Shown here in pieces: positions 30,901-41,814 of a stretch of DNA of 64,000 nt. Location: positions 1-64,000 of the IMG/VR virus record IMGVR_UViG_3300024239_000016. One strand, written 5' to 3'. Within the stretch, counting starts at the first letter, position 1; every line of letters starts with the position of its first letter. A program made the position numbers and the translations under genes. The DNA comes from a virus. The notes beneath the pieces are model-generated. The model saw nothing but the letters and a program-made list of their open reading frames with translations, searched no databases and was not told the DNA's origin.

Positions 30901-33900
30901 TCATCTTCCTCATCTTCTTCTTTAGCATCGTCTTTCTTACCTTTGCCTGAGAACAACCCAGCCAGGCCGGCTAATATTCCGCCGTTCTTACTCTCAGCGC
31001 CGGTACCAGCGGCAGCTTTCTCTTTATTCTCCGCATACTCATCAGCGTATTGGTCTTGCCACGTTCCTTCAGCGTAACCATTGCCATCCTTATCGCCAGC
31101 GCGATTAGGTAGACGAGCATCTAGTAGCTTATAGATAGCGGATAAAATATCCACAGTCTTCTGCGTATTGCGTCCGAGGACACCGCCACCTAGTAGGCGC
31201 TGAGTTAGACTCTTAGCAGCATCGATGCCGCTTCCAGCTAACCATCCTAATCCGCTACCAAGCTTACCGAACGCTCGGCCGATGCCACCCGATTCCGATT
31301 GACTAGATCCATCTCCGGACATTCCTCTACGGAATGCTCCAAATTTATCACCTATCCAATCGCCAGCCCTGGACAAGCGACCACCAGTTTTACCAGCCTG
31401 GTCCATAGTCCACTTACCGGCGTTAGTTCCCCATTCTGTCATAGTGGGGAGTGCGGTATCTCGGCCGAACTCATAGGCGGCCTCTGCGCCGGCCTTGGTT
31501 TTATCCCAAGCGTACTTGCCAGCGTTTATCGCCTTGTCTTTTGTCCAGCCGTATGCCGAGGTTCCGAGTCTCTTACCGAAGTTAAGAGCAGCGCCGCCCC
31601 ACTTCTTACCAAAATCCCAAATGGATTTAGCGCGATCTCTAGTAGAGGTGAGGAATTTACGAGTACCTTCAAACTTCTCAGACCACTTACCGAGCTTGCC
31701 CTTAAACCACTGCTGTACCTTACTGCCGTACCCAGCCATTTTATCAAACATGCCTGGCCGATTACCACCAAACTCTTTTTCGAGCATGATGAGCTCAATG
31801 CGCTGTAGAGTTTCAGATTGCTGAGTGGCAATAGATCGGATGTTTGCGTCACGGATCGCATCGACCAAACGGTCGATATCCGCGCCACCACCTGAACCAA
31901 CTCCGGTATGCATGTAGTTACTTGCGTTGATGTCGTCCGCAACACCAGTGGCTGCTCTGTTCAGGTCCTTAGTACCCCATGACCTAACAGCATGGCCAGC
32001 CTTACGGCGGTTAGTTCTGCGGAAACCAAAGCCTTCGTAATCCGGACTATTTTCAATTCCAGAAGAGTCAAAGTTAGCACCAGACATGTAATCGTACAAC
32101 TGCTGCTTATTGAGGTTGCCTTCAGAATCAAGAAGGCCAGTAGCCTTTAGTTCGTCAGCATAACCAGCGTTGATTAGCGTCTGCAAGACCATCTGCTGGT
32201 GATCCATTTGACCGGAGCTGTTCCTGTAGAGCTCTTGGAATTTGGATCGCTTATCCGAAAATCCATTAGTCTGCAGCGCTTTCCCGCTTTCATCGTAACC
32301 AAATTTATTACGGAAAATAGCAGTTAGCTTATCAGCGTCATCGCCAGTAATGCCAGCGCGCAAATATGCATCGGTGTCGGTGTAACGGCGAGCATCGCTA
32401 TTCTTCCCATGAATAGAGTCCTCCATTAACAAGTTGAAGAATTTATCACGAGCTTCTCTGGATACATTCGAGTTTTCATCGAATAGATAGTTCTCCAAAG
32501 CTTCCTTGTTGTTCGCGATATTGGCACGAGTGCTCTGATTGATTACCTTACTAAAGACGGTGTCCGTCATTTGTTTCTTAGAGACGAACTCATCTTTGAA
32601 ATGATCGTAAGTAATCATCTCAACGTTGGTGTTCCCAGTACGCAGCATTGTGAGCTCACGTAACTGACGAGCTAGCAATTCCGGGATTACTTTATTGATT
32701 GTCTTGTCGGTCTTAGCCGTATAGATCGCATTCCCTTGTAGGTCACCCACGCCTAGTTTACTAAGCGCTACATCGGGAGACATATTTGGGAAGAGATCTT
32801 TGAGCGCTCGTACAAATGGCAACGAATCACCAGCTGTGCTTTCCCTGAAGGCATCAGCGGCCCCAGGAATATCGCCAGCATACCGCAGACCTTCTTTAGT
32901 AAAGTAGTGAAACTTCTGTGCGTATTTATTATTACGCAAGAAGTTTCCAACAGGGCTTTTACGTGAACGCTTTCCGAGCTCCATCATGAATTTCTCCATG
33001 ATGCCCTGCCCAGCTTGTTCAGAGAGCATATCGGTCATGCTCATTCCGTCGCCCATACCGGCCATGCTATCCATCATCTCAGCCTGATCGCCAAGAGCAT
33101 CCATCGCCATTGTGCCGGTTTCAAATGCCTCGCGCAACCGATCCATCTTCTCGCTCATGGCGCTCTTGAGATTAGCTCCAAACTTCTCCATGAATTCACG
33201 AGAACGATTACCGACATTATCGAGAGACTTCCCAATAAAGCGATTTCTGACAGCTTCACCGAAACGCTCGCTTGCTCGCAATTTAGCGTACTCAGGCAAA
33301 GCGGTATTCCGCATGATGCCATCAAGGCGCTGCATAGTCTCAGCAGCAAATCTACGTCCGTCATTTAGCGACTCAGCCTGCAAACTCAACATTCGCAAAT
33401 TGATCTCTAAACTCTTACGCTGATAATTGACAGTAACCGAGGTATTGTAGTTATCGATATTCTGCGAGGAGATACGGATGGCATTCAGGTACTTGACAGC
33501 TTCATTGTGCTGAAGCCCAAGCATCTTGTTACCGATTGCTGTCTGAACCAATTGCTGTTGCGCTAATGCAGTTTGAGCTTGACCTTGCCCCATTGCCATG
33601 GCGACTTGATTCTGGAGAGCAAGCTCGCGCAACTCGTCGGGAGACGGCCCACGACTACCATTATCACCTGACGGTAGTTTGGCAGCAAAGGCATCTATCT
33701 TAATGCCAATACCACCAGGTAGTTCCTTACCAATCGCAGGCAGAGCACGCTTAGCGCTCTTCGAAAGATCCCTAAATGCAGGATCTAATTCTTTAAGACT
33801 TTTATCGTATAGATCCCTGGCGACCGAGACGCCTTGGCTGAAAGCACGATCGACTTCCCCGAACTCTCTTGGAAGAGCTTTCAGGATAACTTTCTTGATA

Positions 33901-34079
33901 GTTCCGAAACCAGTGAGTGCATTAAAAGCACCACGGAACACACCACGACCTACTTTCGTAATAGCTGAGCGTTCGTCTGCTTTAGGCTCTTGGTACAGTG
34001 AGTCGTAACTTTCGAACTTGAAATCCAAGTCCATGTCGACATCAAAGTTATCCATCGCCATTCGTTCTTTTCTTGCCAT
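27927..34079 (-). CDS. Tape-measure / virion lytic transglycosylase (phiKZ gp181-like)
   Basis: 2050 aa, helical with periodic W/F repeats and a hydrophobic segment; SLT motifs IESSFNP, AAGLFQF, AHFLG. Confidence 0.88.
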   Translation of the reverse strand: MARKERMAMDNFDVDMDLDFKFESYDSLYQEPKADERSAITKVGRGVFRGAFNALTGFGTIKKVILKALPREFGEVDRAFSQGVSVARDLYDKSLKELDPAFRDLSKSAKRALPAIGKELPGGIGIKIDAFAAKLPSGDNGSRGPSPDELRELALQNQVAMAMGQGQAQTALAQQQLVQTAIGNKMLGLQHNEAVKYLNAIRISSQNIDNYNTSVTVNYQRKSLEINLRMLSLQAESLNDGRRFAAETMQRLDGIMRNTALPEYAKLRASERFGEAVRNRFIGKSLDNVGNRSREFMEKFGANLKSAMSEKMDRLREAFETGTMAMDALGDQAEMMDSMAGMGDGMSMTDMLSEQAGQGIMEKFMMELGKRSRKSPVGNFLRNNKYAQKFHYFTKEGLRYAGDIPGAADAFRESTAGDSLPFVRALKDLFPNMSPDVALSKLGVGDLQGNAIYTAKTDKTINKVIPELLARQLRELTMLRTGNTNVEMITYDHFKDEFVSKKQMTDTVFSKVINQSTRANIANNKEALENYLFDENSNVSREARDKFFNLLMEDSIHGKNSDARRYTDTDAYLRAGITGDDADKLTAIFRNKFGYDESGKALQTNGFSDKRSKFQELYRNSSGQMDHQQMVLQTLINAGYADELKATGLLDSEGNLNKQQLYDYMSGANFDSSGIENSPDYEGFGFRRTNRRKAGHAVRSWGTKDLNRAATGVADDINASNYMHTGVGSGGGADIDRLVDAIRDANIRSIATQQSETLQRIELIMLEKEFGGNRPGMFDKMAGYGSKVQQWFKGKLGKWSEKFEGTRKFLTSTRDRAKSIWDFGKKWGGAALNFGKRLGTSAYGWTKDKAINAGKYAWDKTKAGAEAAYEFGRDTALPTMTEWGTNAGKWTMDQAGKTGGRLSRAGDWIGDKFGAFRRGMSGDGSSQSESGGIGRAFGKLGSGLGWLAGSGIDAAKSLTQRLLGGGVLGRNTQKTVDILSAIYKLLDARLPNRAGDKDGNGYAEGTWQDQYADEYAENKEKAAAGTGAESKNGGILAGLAGLFSGKGKKDDAKEEDEEDDGDTIVAGGSLDIGGDGDDEKKGKGKGKSKSPKGKPGLWSKTKQFGRNLLKSPLKTGLAGLATLGKAGWWLAKNAATRVAWPLAKAVVMTVGIKPLLIAAAIAGAGYLAYRGYKALTAHRFGDMSSIRYQQYGFAADDQGHFQQVMDLELKIEKFVKTGEGGSLTIDDSGIETAEIVKDFGLNPESRTDVNRFISWYQERFKPVYLTWLTAMKNTGGKKISAADSLSAQDKLALLKLVAFPDGPYGYNTSPFKDLKSLPSSSSTVANAVKVLTATLEKSAQTETTKSQITETQAATAGTAIAATQLSKVADKQNEGGSKNAAVTSMIGQPGSAAAAAASTMVGRATVFSPDSSANVVQMNVRELTPIESIRMRVYGLTSSDSLKVSAILRLEALVLPNTATQGDVVVWKGDVFAIANRVSGLFQFSTLNSDHGEMWQRWFVRRFLPTYLAYLTNIFKVVGSFNKDGDQGKLNPIQMVNLANAMSGATYQGNPVWSFTDSPFRDYTLTTSPESVSAFIDVIANKAKEGATLKEEANRHMSTNDSVKTAEAAKSNISSGSGSQPGMFSRAANWISNTASSMASAVGRAAMATASGVAGAGRYIAQSLGLAGSTADVSDGTGGKIDQLPMPKPGSGYQAFKELLDAAAKMVGVNPTLLAIICAIESSFNPSARPIDKNGKALSSAAGLFQFIKSTWQSMLAKFGKMFGISMFASPTDPRAAALMGAQFLKTNIEHLKKALGRPVTFVEAYMAHFLGAPGASRVLKHSPETILAPLMPDAVKANPWVFLDKSGRAKSLGEILSDFATKFKKQAERWGIKLSDTDLQTPADKEGAIADANNGSGAAANAGGGIGPDGQSAAAPTPAGMGGSPANTPTVTAGSDVSKGGTADGMLPVGAPAPSPVMPSSGDAAATQKARQEEVNQKQTVSSAEVTAILKESLATQMRSELLLREISNTLKNGASAIPNAATPDPRSGAKQVSGRPMPTEAVSLRRSA

Positions 34080-34106
34080 AACGAAATCCTCTTTAGGTTA
34101 AGCCCA

Positions 34107-35735
34107 ATGAAAAAGATCCTTACTCCGTTTAACCTGTTTCTGATGTTCCCTACCGAAGATGACCTGGAGGGAATTCGTCCAGTTACAGTCCTCGATACGT
34201 TCGCAGCTAACAAAGTTGACTTCCATGCAGACGGTCTTTTTTCGACCGAAATTTTTGGAAGAATCGGCGATGAGATTCGCGACTACCGCTACTCTTTCAT
34301 TGATATCCGGGCTCATATCTTCCATCCCATTATTTACGATAGCCTAATCCGATATAAATCGTTGTACGGCGGGATTATGTCTGGTAAGGAATTTGCTGTC
34401 TGGAATCCTGAAACCAATGACTTCGATCGGTCAAACGCTATCGATGGTAAAACAGGCTATCATTTCTTCATGAAGCACTGGATCGATATAAAGTTCAACG
34501 ATAGCTCATCGCGATATCGTAAAGAGATCACTGATACCCTTAACAAATATCAGCAGAATCCAACGTCCGATAAAGTCATCGTGATTCCAGCTGGCATTCG
34601 TGATGTTGAAATGGAAGCCGATGGTCGTGTAACAAAGAGTGAAGTCAATGAGTTTTATCAGCGGCTCATCTCTATCTCAAATGTGATCGATCGCCAAGCG
34701 CTCAAAAATAACCCAGAGTTCCTCGATAACTCGCGGTACTCACTGCAGATTACTTTCAATAACCTCTTTGATTATTTCCTGGACCTGATTGATGGCAAGA
34801 AGAAATTAGTTCCCGGAAAGTTTATGTCGCGTCGAGTTGCCTATGGTAATCGTAACGTCATTACGGCTATGGGTCCGACTATCAAAGAGGTTGGCGCGGC
34901 CGGTAACGTGACCATCAATCATACGCAGATTGGTATGTTCCATACTCTTAAGGGACTAGCTCCTATCGCTAAGTTCGCTATGCGGGAGAAGTTCCTTAAT
35001 AAGGTCTTTTATCGCCCCGATCAAATTGTTGAGCTGATTGATCCAAAGACCCTACAGCTGACGGAAGTAAAGCTTTCGCGGAAGCTCTACGACAATTGGT
35101 CCTCAGATGAAGGCGTTGAAAAACTGATTGAAAAGTTCCGGCCGGATGTCGGTCGACACGATCCAGTTAAAATCAACGGTCATTACCTGGCGTTAGTTTA
35201 TAAAGGCGATGACAATACCTTTAAAATCTTCCGTGATATTCGCGAACTCCCTGGTAACCTGAATACAGCAAATGTCAGTCCCATTACCTGGGCCGAGTTC
35301 TTATATCTTTCGGTTTACGAACGAGCCAATAAATACCCATTATGGATCTGTCGCTACCCTGTAGCGGGGAATGGATCGAACTATCCGTCCTTTACCTACA
35401 TCCGTACTACGGTGAAGACTCGCCAGATGCGAGAGCTGGACGATGCCTGGAATGTCGATTTGCAAAACACTGACAGGATAGCATGGCAGTTCCCGATTAC
35501 CGGTGAAGCTTTTGTCAATTCCACAATTCCTCATGGGTGTCAGATAGCTGGACTATCAGCTGACTTTGATGGCGATATGGTTTCGTCTAATTTTACCATG
35601 ACAGATGAGGCGATGAGAGAAACCCATGAGTATTTTGCCTCAAGACGCGCATATATTGGCACAGACGGCAAATTATCACGGAGTGTTTTCTCTATGTCTA
35701 TAAACCTGGTTAAACACAATCTTTTACGGAGTTAA
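34107..35735 (+). CDS. rpoC: Virion RNA polymerase beta' subunit, N-terminal/catalytic part (phiKZ gp180-like)
   Basis: DGLFSTEIFG, VIPAGIRD, R.P, catalytic ADFDGD. Confidence 0.92.
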   Translation: MKKILTPFNLFLMFPTEDDLEGIRPVTVLDTFAANKVDFHADGLFSTEIFGRIGDEIRDYRYSFIDIRAHIFHPIIYDSLIRYKSLYGGIMSGKEFAVWNPETNDFDRSNAIDGKTGYHFFMKHWIDIKFNDSSSRYRKEITDTLNKYQQNPTSDKVIVIPAGIRDVEMEADGRVTKSEVNEFYQRLISISNVIDRQALKNNPEFLDNSRYSLQITFNNLFDYFLDLIDGKKKLVPGKFMSRRVAYGNRNVITAMGPTIKEVGAAGNVTINHTQIGMFHTLKGLAPIAKFAMREKFLNKVFYRPDQIVELIDPKTLQLTEVKLSRKLYDNWSSDEGVEKLIEKFRPDVGRHDPVKINGHYLALVYKGDDNTFKIFRDIRELPGNLNTANVSPITWAEFLYLSVYERANKYPLWICRYPVAGNGSNYPSFTYIRTTVKTRQMRELDDAWNVDLQNTDRIAWQFPITGEAFVNSTIPHGCQIAGLSADFDGDMVSSNFTMTDEAMRETHEYFASRRAYIGTDGKLSRSVFSMSINLVKHNLLRS

Positions 35736-35741
35736 GCGCTC

Positions 35742-38700
35742 ATGCGTGATTATTATCAGTTTTTCTTCCGTAGCGTGGGTGCATGGAAGAGCGAATTAAT
35801 TACGAATCCGCAACTGCATCCGTTCGAAGGATTGCAGCTGCCTCGTAATTCAGCGTACCACATCTTGCCGGATGGTAGTGACTCTCCAACACCAAATCCC
35901 AATGATCCAATTCTGAAGGGATGGAGCAAGCCCATAAGCTTGCTCAACGTCCATCAGCTGGCTGTACTGGATGGAGAGCCACGTAAACTGGCTTACGATG
36001 TTGTTAGTGAATTCAATAAGTTCCTGACAGCAAACAACATGCAATTCCGTCGGATGAAATCCCTAGAACAGGTCGTCCCTGATGATCAAGCTCTGGTGGC
36101 AATTTCGTACATGGCTATCCCAAGGGCGTACTATTACGCCCAGACGAACTACTCAGAATGGCACTCGTATTACAACTTGATGAAAACTGTTTTTCAAAAA
36201 GTTGAGGAATTGGCGAACAACAGTAGCCGCCATCAGTTCCTGGTTTTCGATGCACCGGAGTTGGTGCCATCTCTAGAGTTGTTAAAATACGCCGAGCGCT
36301 CAGCAGAACTTGAGCGAAAGATTGTTAAGGACTTCAACACTCCAGGACGCCGCCTTGTTCTTGAGCTATTCAAATGGCTGGGAGCTGGCTATAACCAAAA
36401 CTCTCTTTTCTCACTGATCTCGCTGGCAAATCTAAGTAAGGTGAATTTGATTCTTCGCCACAAAGGAAATTTCATCCTGATCAATCTGGGCCTTTTGTTC
36501 TCTTGGAGATCTGCTCCAAAGACTGAAAAAGAAGTCTGGGAATTCTTCGGTAAAGAAGCAGGCCGCGGACAGATGCCGCTCCAGTACCAGCGCTGGTTGA
36601 TTCGGTTCTTTGCTGTTATTTCGAAGCTGGAAACGCCGAGTGTCGACGTTGAAAAATTGGACGCTGAGCTAAAGGCAGCCGGCGAAGAAATCATCGACGA
36701 TGCTTCCTCAGTTCCGTCCATCGCTAATAAAGCTGGCGCCGTGACTCAGGTAAACGATGACATGGATGAGGAAATGGATGATGGTCTGTTAGATGACAGG
36801 CCTTCTACCCCAGCAGAAAAAATTGATTTCGCTATCACGGAAGAGTTGGAAAAAGAGCTCGAGCGTGAGTTGGCCGTTCTCTCCAGAAAGAATGACAAGT
36901 ATGGTGAGGATGAGGAAGATATTCCTGTCACCGAAGTAGCGGAGATCTCCGATATCGATGCTCCGACCATCTACAATGCAGTTACTCGGAAATGCGATTA
37001 CCTGGCTGATCAGGGAGTTCTTAGCGCCGCAGAGTACAAGCGACATATTCGGCTATCTGAGAGCTTCAAGAAAATTAAGATCGACGGTAAGCCAGTCGAA
37101 GACTTAATTAAGAGAGATCCGATTAGCGTTGCTCTAGCTGAGCCGAAGTTGATACCGGATGCCGCAGGCGTTAAAGATAAGCGCATGCTTAAGTCATCTA
37201 TTTCGGAGCTGAACGAAGAGTATCAGAAACGCGGAATGTTGGCGGATACAGTAAGTTGCATCATGGCTATTCAGAAAGCCGCTATCTCGGTCACAGAGAT
37301 AGAAAAAGATCGCATCGATACCATCATGGGCAGCAGTGACGTTTATTCTGTTCGTTTGGTACCCGTTGAGGGCGAGCCCAGCACAATCAAAATTCGTGTA
37401 TCGGCTTGCAATGACGACGGTAGTTTTGTAGCCAATGGCACCAAGTATCGTCTTCGCCGCCAGAAGGCAGATGTGCCTATTCGCAAAATCAGCCCAAATG
37501 AGGTTGTGCTTTCCAGCTATTACGGCCCAAAGCAATTCATCACGCGAGGAGCTCGTAAGAACAACAGCTACGAAATCTGGTTAGCAGCTCAGATTCGTGC
37601 TATCGGTTTGGATGAAAATAACCAAACGATCACGGATTTGCATGTTGGAAATGATTTCGACCACGATTTCCGCTGCAACTATACGTACTCGGTTCTCGCT
37701 AGGAACTTCGCAGGATTCAATCTGAAAGGATTTGAATGCTCTTTCAACCATAAATTGCGAGAAGAGAGATTCGGCGCCGAGGCTATCAAGTTGTACGAGG
37801 GCGATAAAAAGCATGGTCGATTGATTTTTGGGAAATCGAAAGATGACCAATATCTGATCTTTGGCACCGATGGTCTAGTTTATATTGGCGCTGATAAAAC
37901 ATCGCGGTTGGTTGGCTCTTTTGAAGATTACGTTGGAATCGAAGAGTTCTCACCTGTTGAGCGGGCAGACATGCGCATCATCGACAAGAATATTCCGCTT
38001 GGAGTTATTCTGTCTTACGAGATGGGTCTGGAGACCATGCTCAAAGCGCTGCGTGTTAAATATGACAAGTTCGAGGGCAATATTCGGATGATGTCAAAAA
38101 GTAATACGCACTATGTCTTGCGATTCAAGGATTGTTGTTTAGTGATTTATCGCGATCGTGGCCGCTTGGATATGATCATCGGTGGTCTGATGGAGTACGA
38201 TGACTTCCTAAAGACTCGCACTCTGCGTGAGTTTAATAAGAAGGACATCTATCTACCGCTCTTAGAGAGCCGCAAGCTGACGCTGCGCTACTTGACAGAA
38301 ATCGACAACCTGTACGATCTGTTTATTGACCCAATCACTGAGTTGAACCTCAAGCGAATGAATGAGCCAACGACGTTCCGTGGGCTACTGTTGAGAGCCG
38401 TTGAGTTATTATTGATCGACTGGCATCCAACAGAAATGGATACAGAATACCAACAGCTCAAAGGTAACGAACGTATGGCCGGAGCTATTTACCGCGAACT
38501 GGTACGTAGCGTACGGAGACATCGTTCAAGATCCGATCGCGCTAGAGCTCCAATTGAGCTGAAGCCGCACGCTGTATGGAAAGCAATTGCTGATGACTCA
38601 GCTAAATTGCTAATGGATGAAATCAATCCAATTGCCCATCTGAAAGAAATCGAAGCCGTAACTTTCTCAGGAACTGGTGGTCGTACAGCTGAGACTATGA

Positions 38701-40037
38701 TGGCTAAATCGCGGATTTATACCAAGAAAGATATGGGTATTATTTCCGAAGCTAACGTTGACTCAGGCGATGTGGGCGTTAACATCTGGACATCGGCTAA
38801 CCCAAACCTTACCACTATTTACGGTAACACAAAACAGCTGGATGGAGATTACGACCCCACTAAGTTGTTTAGCACAACTACTCTGCTAGCTCCATTCGCT
38901 GAGAATGAAGATATGAAGCGAGCAGTTTTTACGGGAATTCAAAACCAGCACACCGTAGCATGTCACGGGTATAAACCACCACAGGTTCGTACCGGCTATG
39001 AATATGTGATTCCTCATCGAGTCGGTGATCTTTTCTGTACTACAGCTAAACAAGCCGGTGTCGTTGAGTCAGTAACAGATGACGGGATTGTTGTTAAATA
39101 CGCAGACGGTACGGTAAAGGGAGTTCAGCTAGGTCGTGTTTACGGCATTAGTTGCGGTAGTGTCGTGTCTCATTCACTGGTTTCAGAAATGAAACCAGGT
39201 CAGAAGTTCAAAGAAGGGGACGTCATCGCTTACAATAGCAATTTCTTTGCCAAGGATTATTTCGATCCGACAAAAGTGATGTTGAAGTTTAACACCACTG
39301 CAAAGATTGCTCTGTATGAGGCAGCGCTGACAAATGACGATTCCTCAATGATCTCCGTTGAGCTATCTGAGCGTCTGCGTTGCGATACGCCGCACGATCG
39401 CATGGTTGTTGTTAGTTTCCAGGATCATCTATCGAAAGTAGTTGGTGTCGGTACTGAAGTTGAGCCCGATGACATTCTCTGTTACATTAGTCCGAGCGTA
39501 GCCAGCTCAGCGACTGGTATTACAGATCAAGTGGCACTGGATGCCCTTACTGAGTGGAGTAATCAAACACCAACCGCTAAGTACAAAGGACGTATTGAGT
39601 ACATCGAGTGTTTCTATCATGGCGACCTCGAAAACATGTCTGAAACTGTGCGGAAGTTAGCTGAAGCATCTGACCGTCAGCGTAAACAGAAGCAAAAGGC
39701 AGCCGCTATGCCTATCTACTCCAGTATGGTCGATGATTCGTTCCGCAAAGATGGCGAGGCTATCCCCGTGGATAGTATGGTCATCAAGTTTTATATCGCA
39801 AGTAGCGAGCCAGCGGCTGTAGCCGATAAAGTGGTGTATGGTAATCAGTTAAAATCAGTCATTGGTGAAGTGATCAGTGGTGAGATTGTAACTGAGTCTG
39901 GTGTGCAGATTGAGGCTGTCTTCGGCCAGGCATCTATTGATAATCGAATTATTGATAGCTTTCCGCGTATCGGTGCCCTTACTACGCTTCTGAAGCTTAT
40001 CGCTACAAAAACAGTTTCAGCTTACCGTAATCAATAA
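35742..40037 (+). CDS. rpoB: Virion RNA polymerase beta subunit, N-terminal part (phiKZ gp178-like)
   Basis: 1431 aa; INP...E..TFSGTGGR, DSGDVG, DMKR...Q, NDDS, ADK...NQLKSVI. Confidence 0.9.
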   Translation: MRDYYQFFFRSVGAWKSELITNPQLHPFEGLQLPRNSAYHILPDGSDSPTPNPNDPILKGWSKPISLLNVHQLAVLDGEPRKLAYDVVSEFNKFLTANNMQFRRMKSLEQVVPDDQALVAISYMAIPRAYYYAQTNYSEWHSYYNLMKTVFQKVEELANNSSRHQFLVFDAPELVPSLELLKYAERSAELERKIVKDFNTPGRRLVLELFKWLGAGYNQNSLFSLISLANLSKVNLILRHKGNFILINLGLLFSWRSAPKTEKEVWEFFGKEAGRGQMPLQYQRWLIRFFAVISKLETPSVDVEKLDAELKAAGEEIIDDASSVPSIANKAGAVTQVNDDMDEEMDDGLLDDRPSTPAEKIDFAITEELEKELERELAVLSRKNDKYGEDEEDIPVTEVAEISDIDAPTIYNAVTRKCDYLADQGVLSAAEYKRHIRLSESFKKIKIDGKPVEDLIKRDPISVALAEPKLIPDAAGVKDKRMLKSSISELNEEYQKRGMLADTVSCIMAIQKAAISVTEIEKDRIDTIMGSSDVYSVRLVPVEGEPSTIKIRVSACNDDGSFVANGTKYRLRRQKADVPIRKISPNEVVLSSYYGPKQFITRGARKNNSYEIWLAAQIRAIGLDENNQTITDLHVGNDFDHDFRCNYTYSVLARNFAGFNLKGFECSFNHKLREERFGAEAIKLYEGDKKHGRLIFGKSKDDQYLIFGTDGLVYIGADKTSRLVGSFEDYVGIEEFSPVERADMRIIDKNIPLGVILSYEMGLETMLKALRVKYDKFEGNIRMMSKSNTHYVLRFKDCCLVIYRDRGRLDMIIGGLMEYDDFLKTRTLREFNKKDIYLPLLESRKLTLRYLTEIDNLYDLFIDPITELNLKRMNEPTTFRGLLLRAVELLLIDWHPTEMDTEYQQLKGNERMAGAIYRELVRSVRRHRSRSDRARAPIELKPHAVWKAIADDSAKLLMDEINPIAHLKEIEAVTFSGTGGRTAETMMAKSRIYTKKDMGIISEANVDSGDVGVNIWTSANPNLTTIYGNTKQLDGDYDPTKLFSTTTLLAPFAENEDMKRAVFTGIQNQHTVACHGYKPPQVRTGYEYVIPHRVGDLFCTTAKQAGVVESVTDDGIVVKYADGTVKGVQLGRVYGISCGSVVSHSLVSEMKPGQKFKEGDVIAYNSNFFAKDYFDPTKVMLKFNTTAKIALYEAALTNDDSSMISVELSERLRCDTPHDRMVVVSFQDHLSKVVGVGTEVEPDDILCYISPSVASSATGITDQVALDALTEWSNQTPTAKYKGRIEYIECFYHGDLENMSETVRKLAEASDRQRKQKQKAAAMPIYSSMVDDSFRKDGEAIPVDSMVIKFYIASSEPAAVADKVVYGNQLKSVIGEVISGEIVTESGVQIEAVFGQASIDNRIIDSFPRIGALTTLLKLIATKTVSAYRNQ

Positions 40038-40084
40038 TTCAAGAAAGGATGGGGCGGGCAAATAACCCGCTCCTTTTTCTAAAT

Positions 40085-40288
40085 ATGAACATGCAAGTAG
40101 GACAATCACATCAAGTGCGCACAGCTGTGGCTGTGGGTAATCTGATCGATTTGACGTTCGCAATCGTGAACTCGATCGCTGGTAACGATATCTCGGACCA
40201 ACTGAATGGTGCTCCCATGACTCGCGAGGGTGTCGGTCAGTTGGTTATCGCCGATATCAACTCTTCAACCAAATACGCTCAGGGGTAA
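40085..40288 (+). CDS. Small hypothetical protein
   Basis: ORF filling the gap between the RNAP gene and 40292. Confidence 0.55.
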   Translation: MNMQVGQSHQVRTAVAVGNLIDLTFAIVNSIAGNDISDQLNGAPMTREGVGQLVIADINSSTKYAQG

Positions 40289-40291
40289 GTC

Positions 40292-41809
40292 ATGCTGTCA
40301 AGAACATCTGTTGAGCAAGGCTTGCTTCTGGCGACTGCTCTTGATCAAGCTTTCAATGGCAAGCCAATGAGCTTGGTGCCAGTGGAAGGATCGCCACTGG
40401 CTGCGCTGGTCCGCATAACTGGCGCTACCGATCCTGGCGATGACTATGCGAAGTATCTGACTCGCATGGTGGCTGAGGCCGTAACTACCGATGACAAGAT
40501 CGATTCGACTCGCACTCTCATCGACGGCATTCTGTATCACACAAACAGCGAAGATCCAGTGACCAAACTGGTTCCTCACGACACAGTCCAGGAAGAGTTA
40601 GTCGAACTCCATGCTCCGGTTGTTGCTCAGCAGCTGGCGCACGCTCGCAATGTCGTCAAGCCCATGATTGAGCGCTTGATGACTATGGTCACGACTGAAC
40701 TGAATGGTCGCGTCAACAGCGCACTACTGGCTGCTAATGTGATCGAAGTTCGTACCCCTGTTGTCTTTAATGACCCAGGTATGATTCGGGCTCTTGAAAA
40801 GTACACGACTCTCAATTACAATCCAGACATGGTTTGTAGTTTTGCTCTTCCAGTTATGTCAGATGAAGCGCTTCGCGATCTGATCAAGACAGGTAGCCCA
40901 GAAACTGATGCGGCTATCGATGCTTGGTTGAGCACCGAAGGTGAAGGCTGGTTGACCCGTCTTTATACGGATTTCTTCACAGCCGCTACGTCAATTCGCG
41001 ATACGCAGAACCTGCATGGCTTCCTTCGCTATACTGCAAAAAATGTGGTATATGCACGCAATCTGCCCAATGTTGACATCTGTCGTGTCATCGGCCTTTT
41101 CATCCTGGCTGATGCGCTCTATGACAATCCGATTGAAGGCACTGCTGTTAAGCTGGAAGACTACAATCGGTACATGTCTGATCTCCGTGATTCACTCGGC
41201 GCTCTGTTGGTCAATGAGCGCGCAGAGTACTACCGGATGATCAATGATGAGCGACAGCTTGTCATTCGCGTTGAGGACAACACGACGCTGGTACGTGAGG
41301 AGCTCTATGAGCAATTCCTTGCGGAAGGAGGCGATGTCGAGATGCTGTATGGCAACGGTCTTCGTACCAAGCCCTACAGCTCTATCGATGAGCTACGTGC
41401 CCACTCCGATGAACTCCGTAGCGAGTGGCACCGTCATGTAGCCATTGCTCGTCAGGTAGAAGAGCGCAATATCGAGACCATCACGCGGAATATTTTCCGC
41501 CGTGCGGTGATCGACGTTATCGCGAGCCTCGATGAAGATCTGAAGAAGCACACCGAGCACATCTCTCGTATCTGGGAGCAGACGCTGGAAAACACAAGCA
41601 ACAAAGACCTACGAGACATATGCATGGTATCGACGCGTCTCATTTGTCGTGCAGTGTTCCCGCACACCGATGCCGAAATCATTATCGGTCTGACCAATGA
41701 AGTTGCTTCCAAGAATCCGGACATGAGCATTCGCGATGTGGTACTCGTTGCCACCATCAACTATGTTTGTGCTTGGGGTCGCAAACAACTGAAGCTGGTG
41801 CAGCAATAA
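40292..41809 (+). CDS. Conserved virion-associated protein (phiKZ gp177-like by synteny)
   Basis: 505 aa between the RNAP beta gene and the protease. Confidence 0.55.
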   Translation: MLSRTSVEQGLLLATALDQAFNGKPMSLVPVEGSPLAALVRITGATDPGDDYAKYLTRMVAEAVTTDDKIDSTRTLIDGILYHTNSEDPVTKLVPHDTVQEELVELHAPVVAQQLAHARNVVKPMIERLMTMVTTELNGRVNSALLAANVIEVRTPVVFNDPGMIRALEKYTTLNYNPDMVCSFALPVMSDEALRDLIKTGSPETDAAIDAWLSTEGEGWLTRLYTDFFTAATSIRDTQNLHGFLRYTAKNVVYARNLPNVDICRVIGLFILADALYDNPIEGTAVKLEDYNRYMSDLRDSLGALLVNERAEYYRMINDERQLVIRVEDNTTLVREELYEQFLAEGGDVEMLYGNGLRTKPYSSIDELRAHSDELRSEWHRHVAIARQVEERNIETITRNIFRRAVIDVIASLDEDLKKHTEHISRIWEQTLENTSNKDLRDICMVSTRLICRAVFPHTDAEIIIGLTNEVASKNPDMSIRDVVLVATINYVCAWGRKQLKLVQQ

Positions 41810-41814
41810 ATAGG

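Noticed and set aside
34107-40037. Inteins or introns in the RNAP genes
   Set aside because: Frames are continuous, with no intein termini or LAGLIDADG motifs seen
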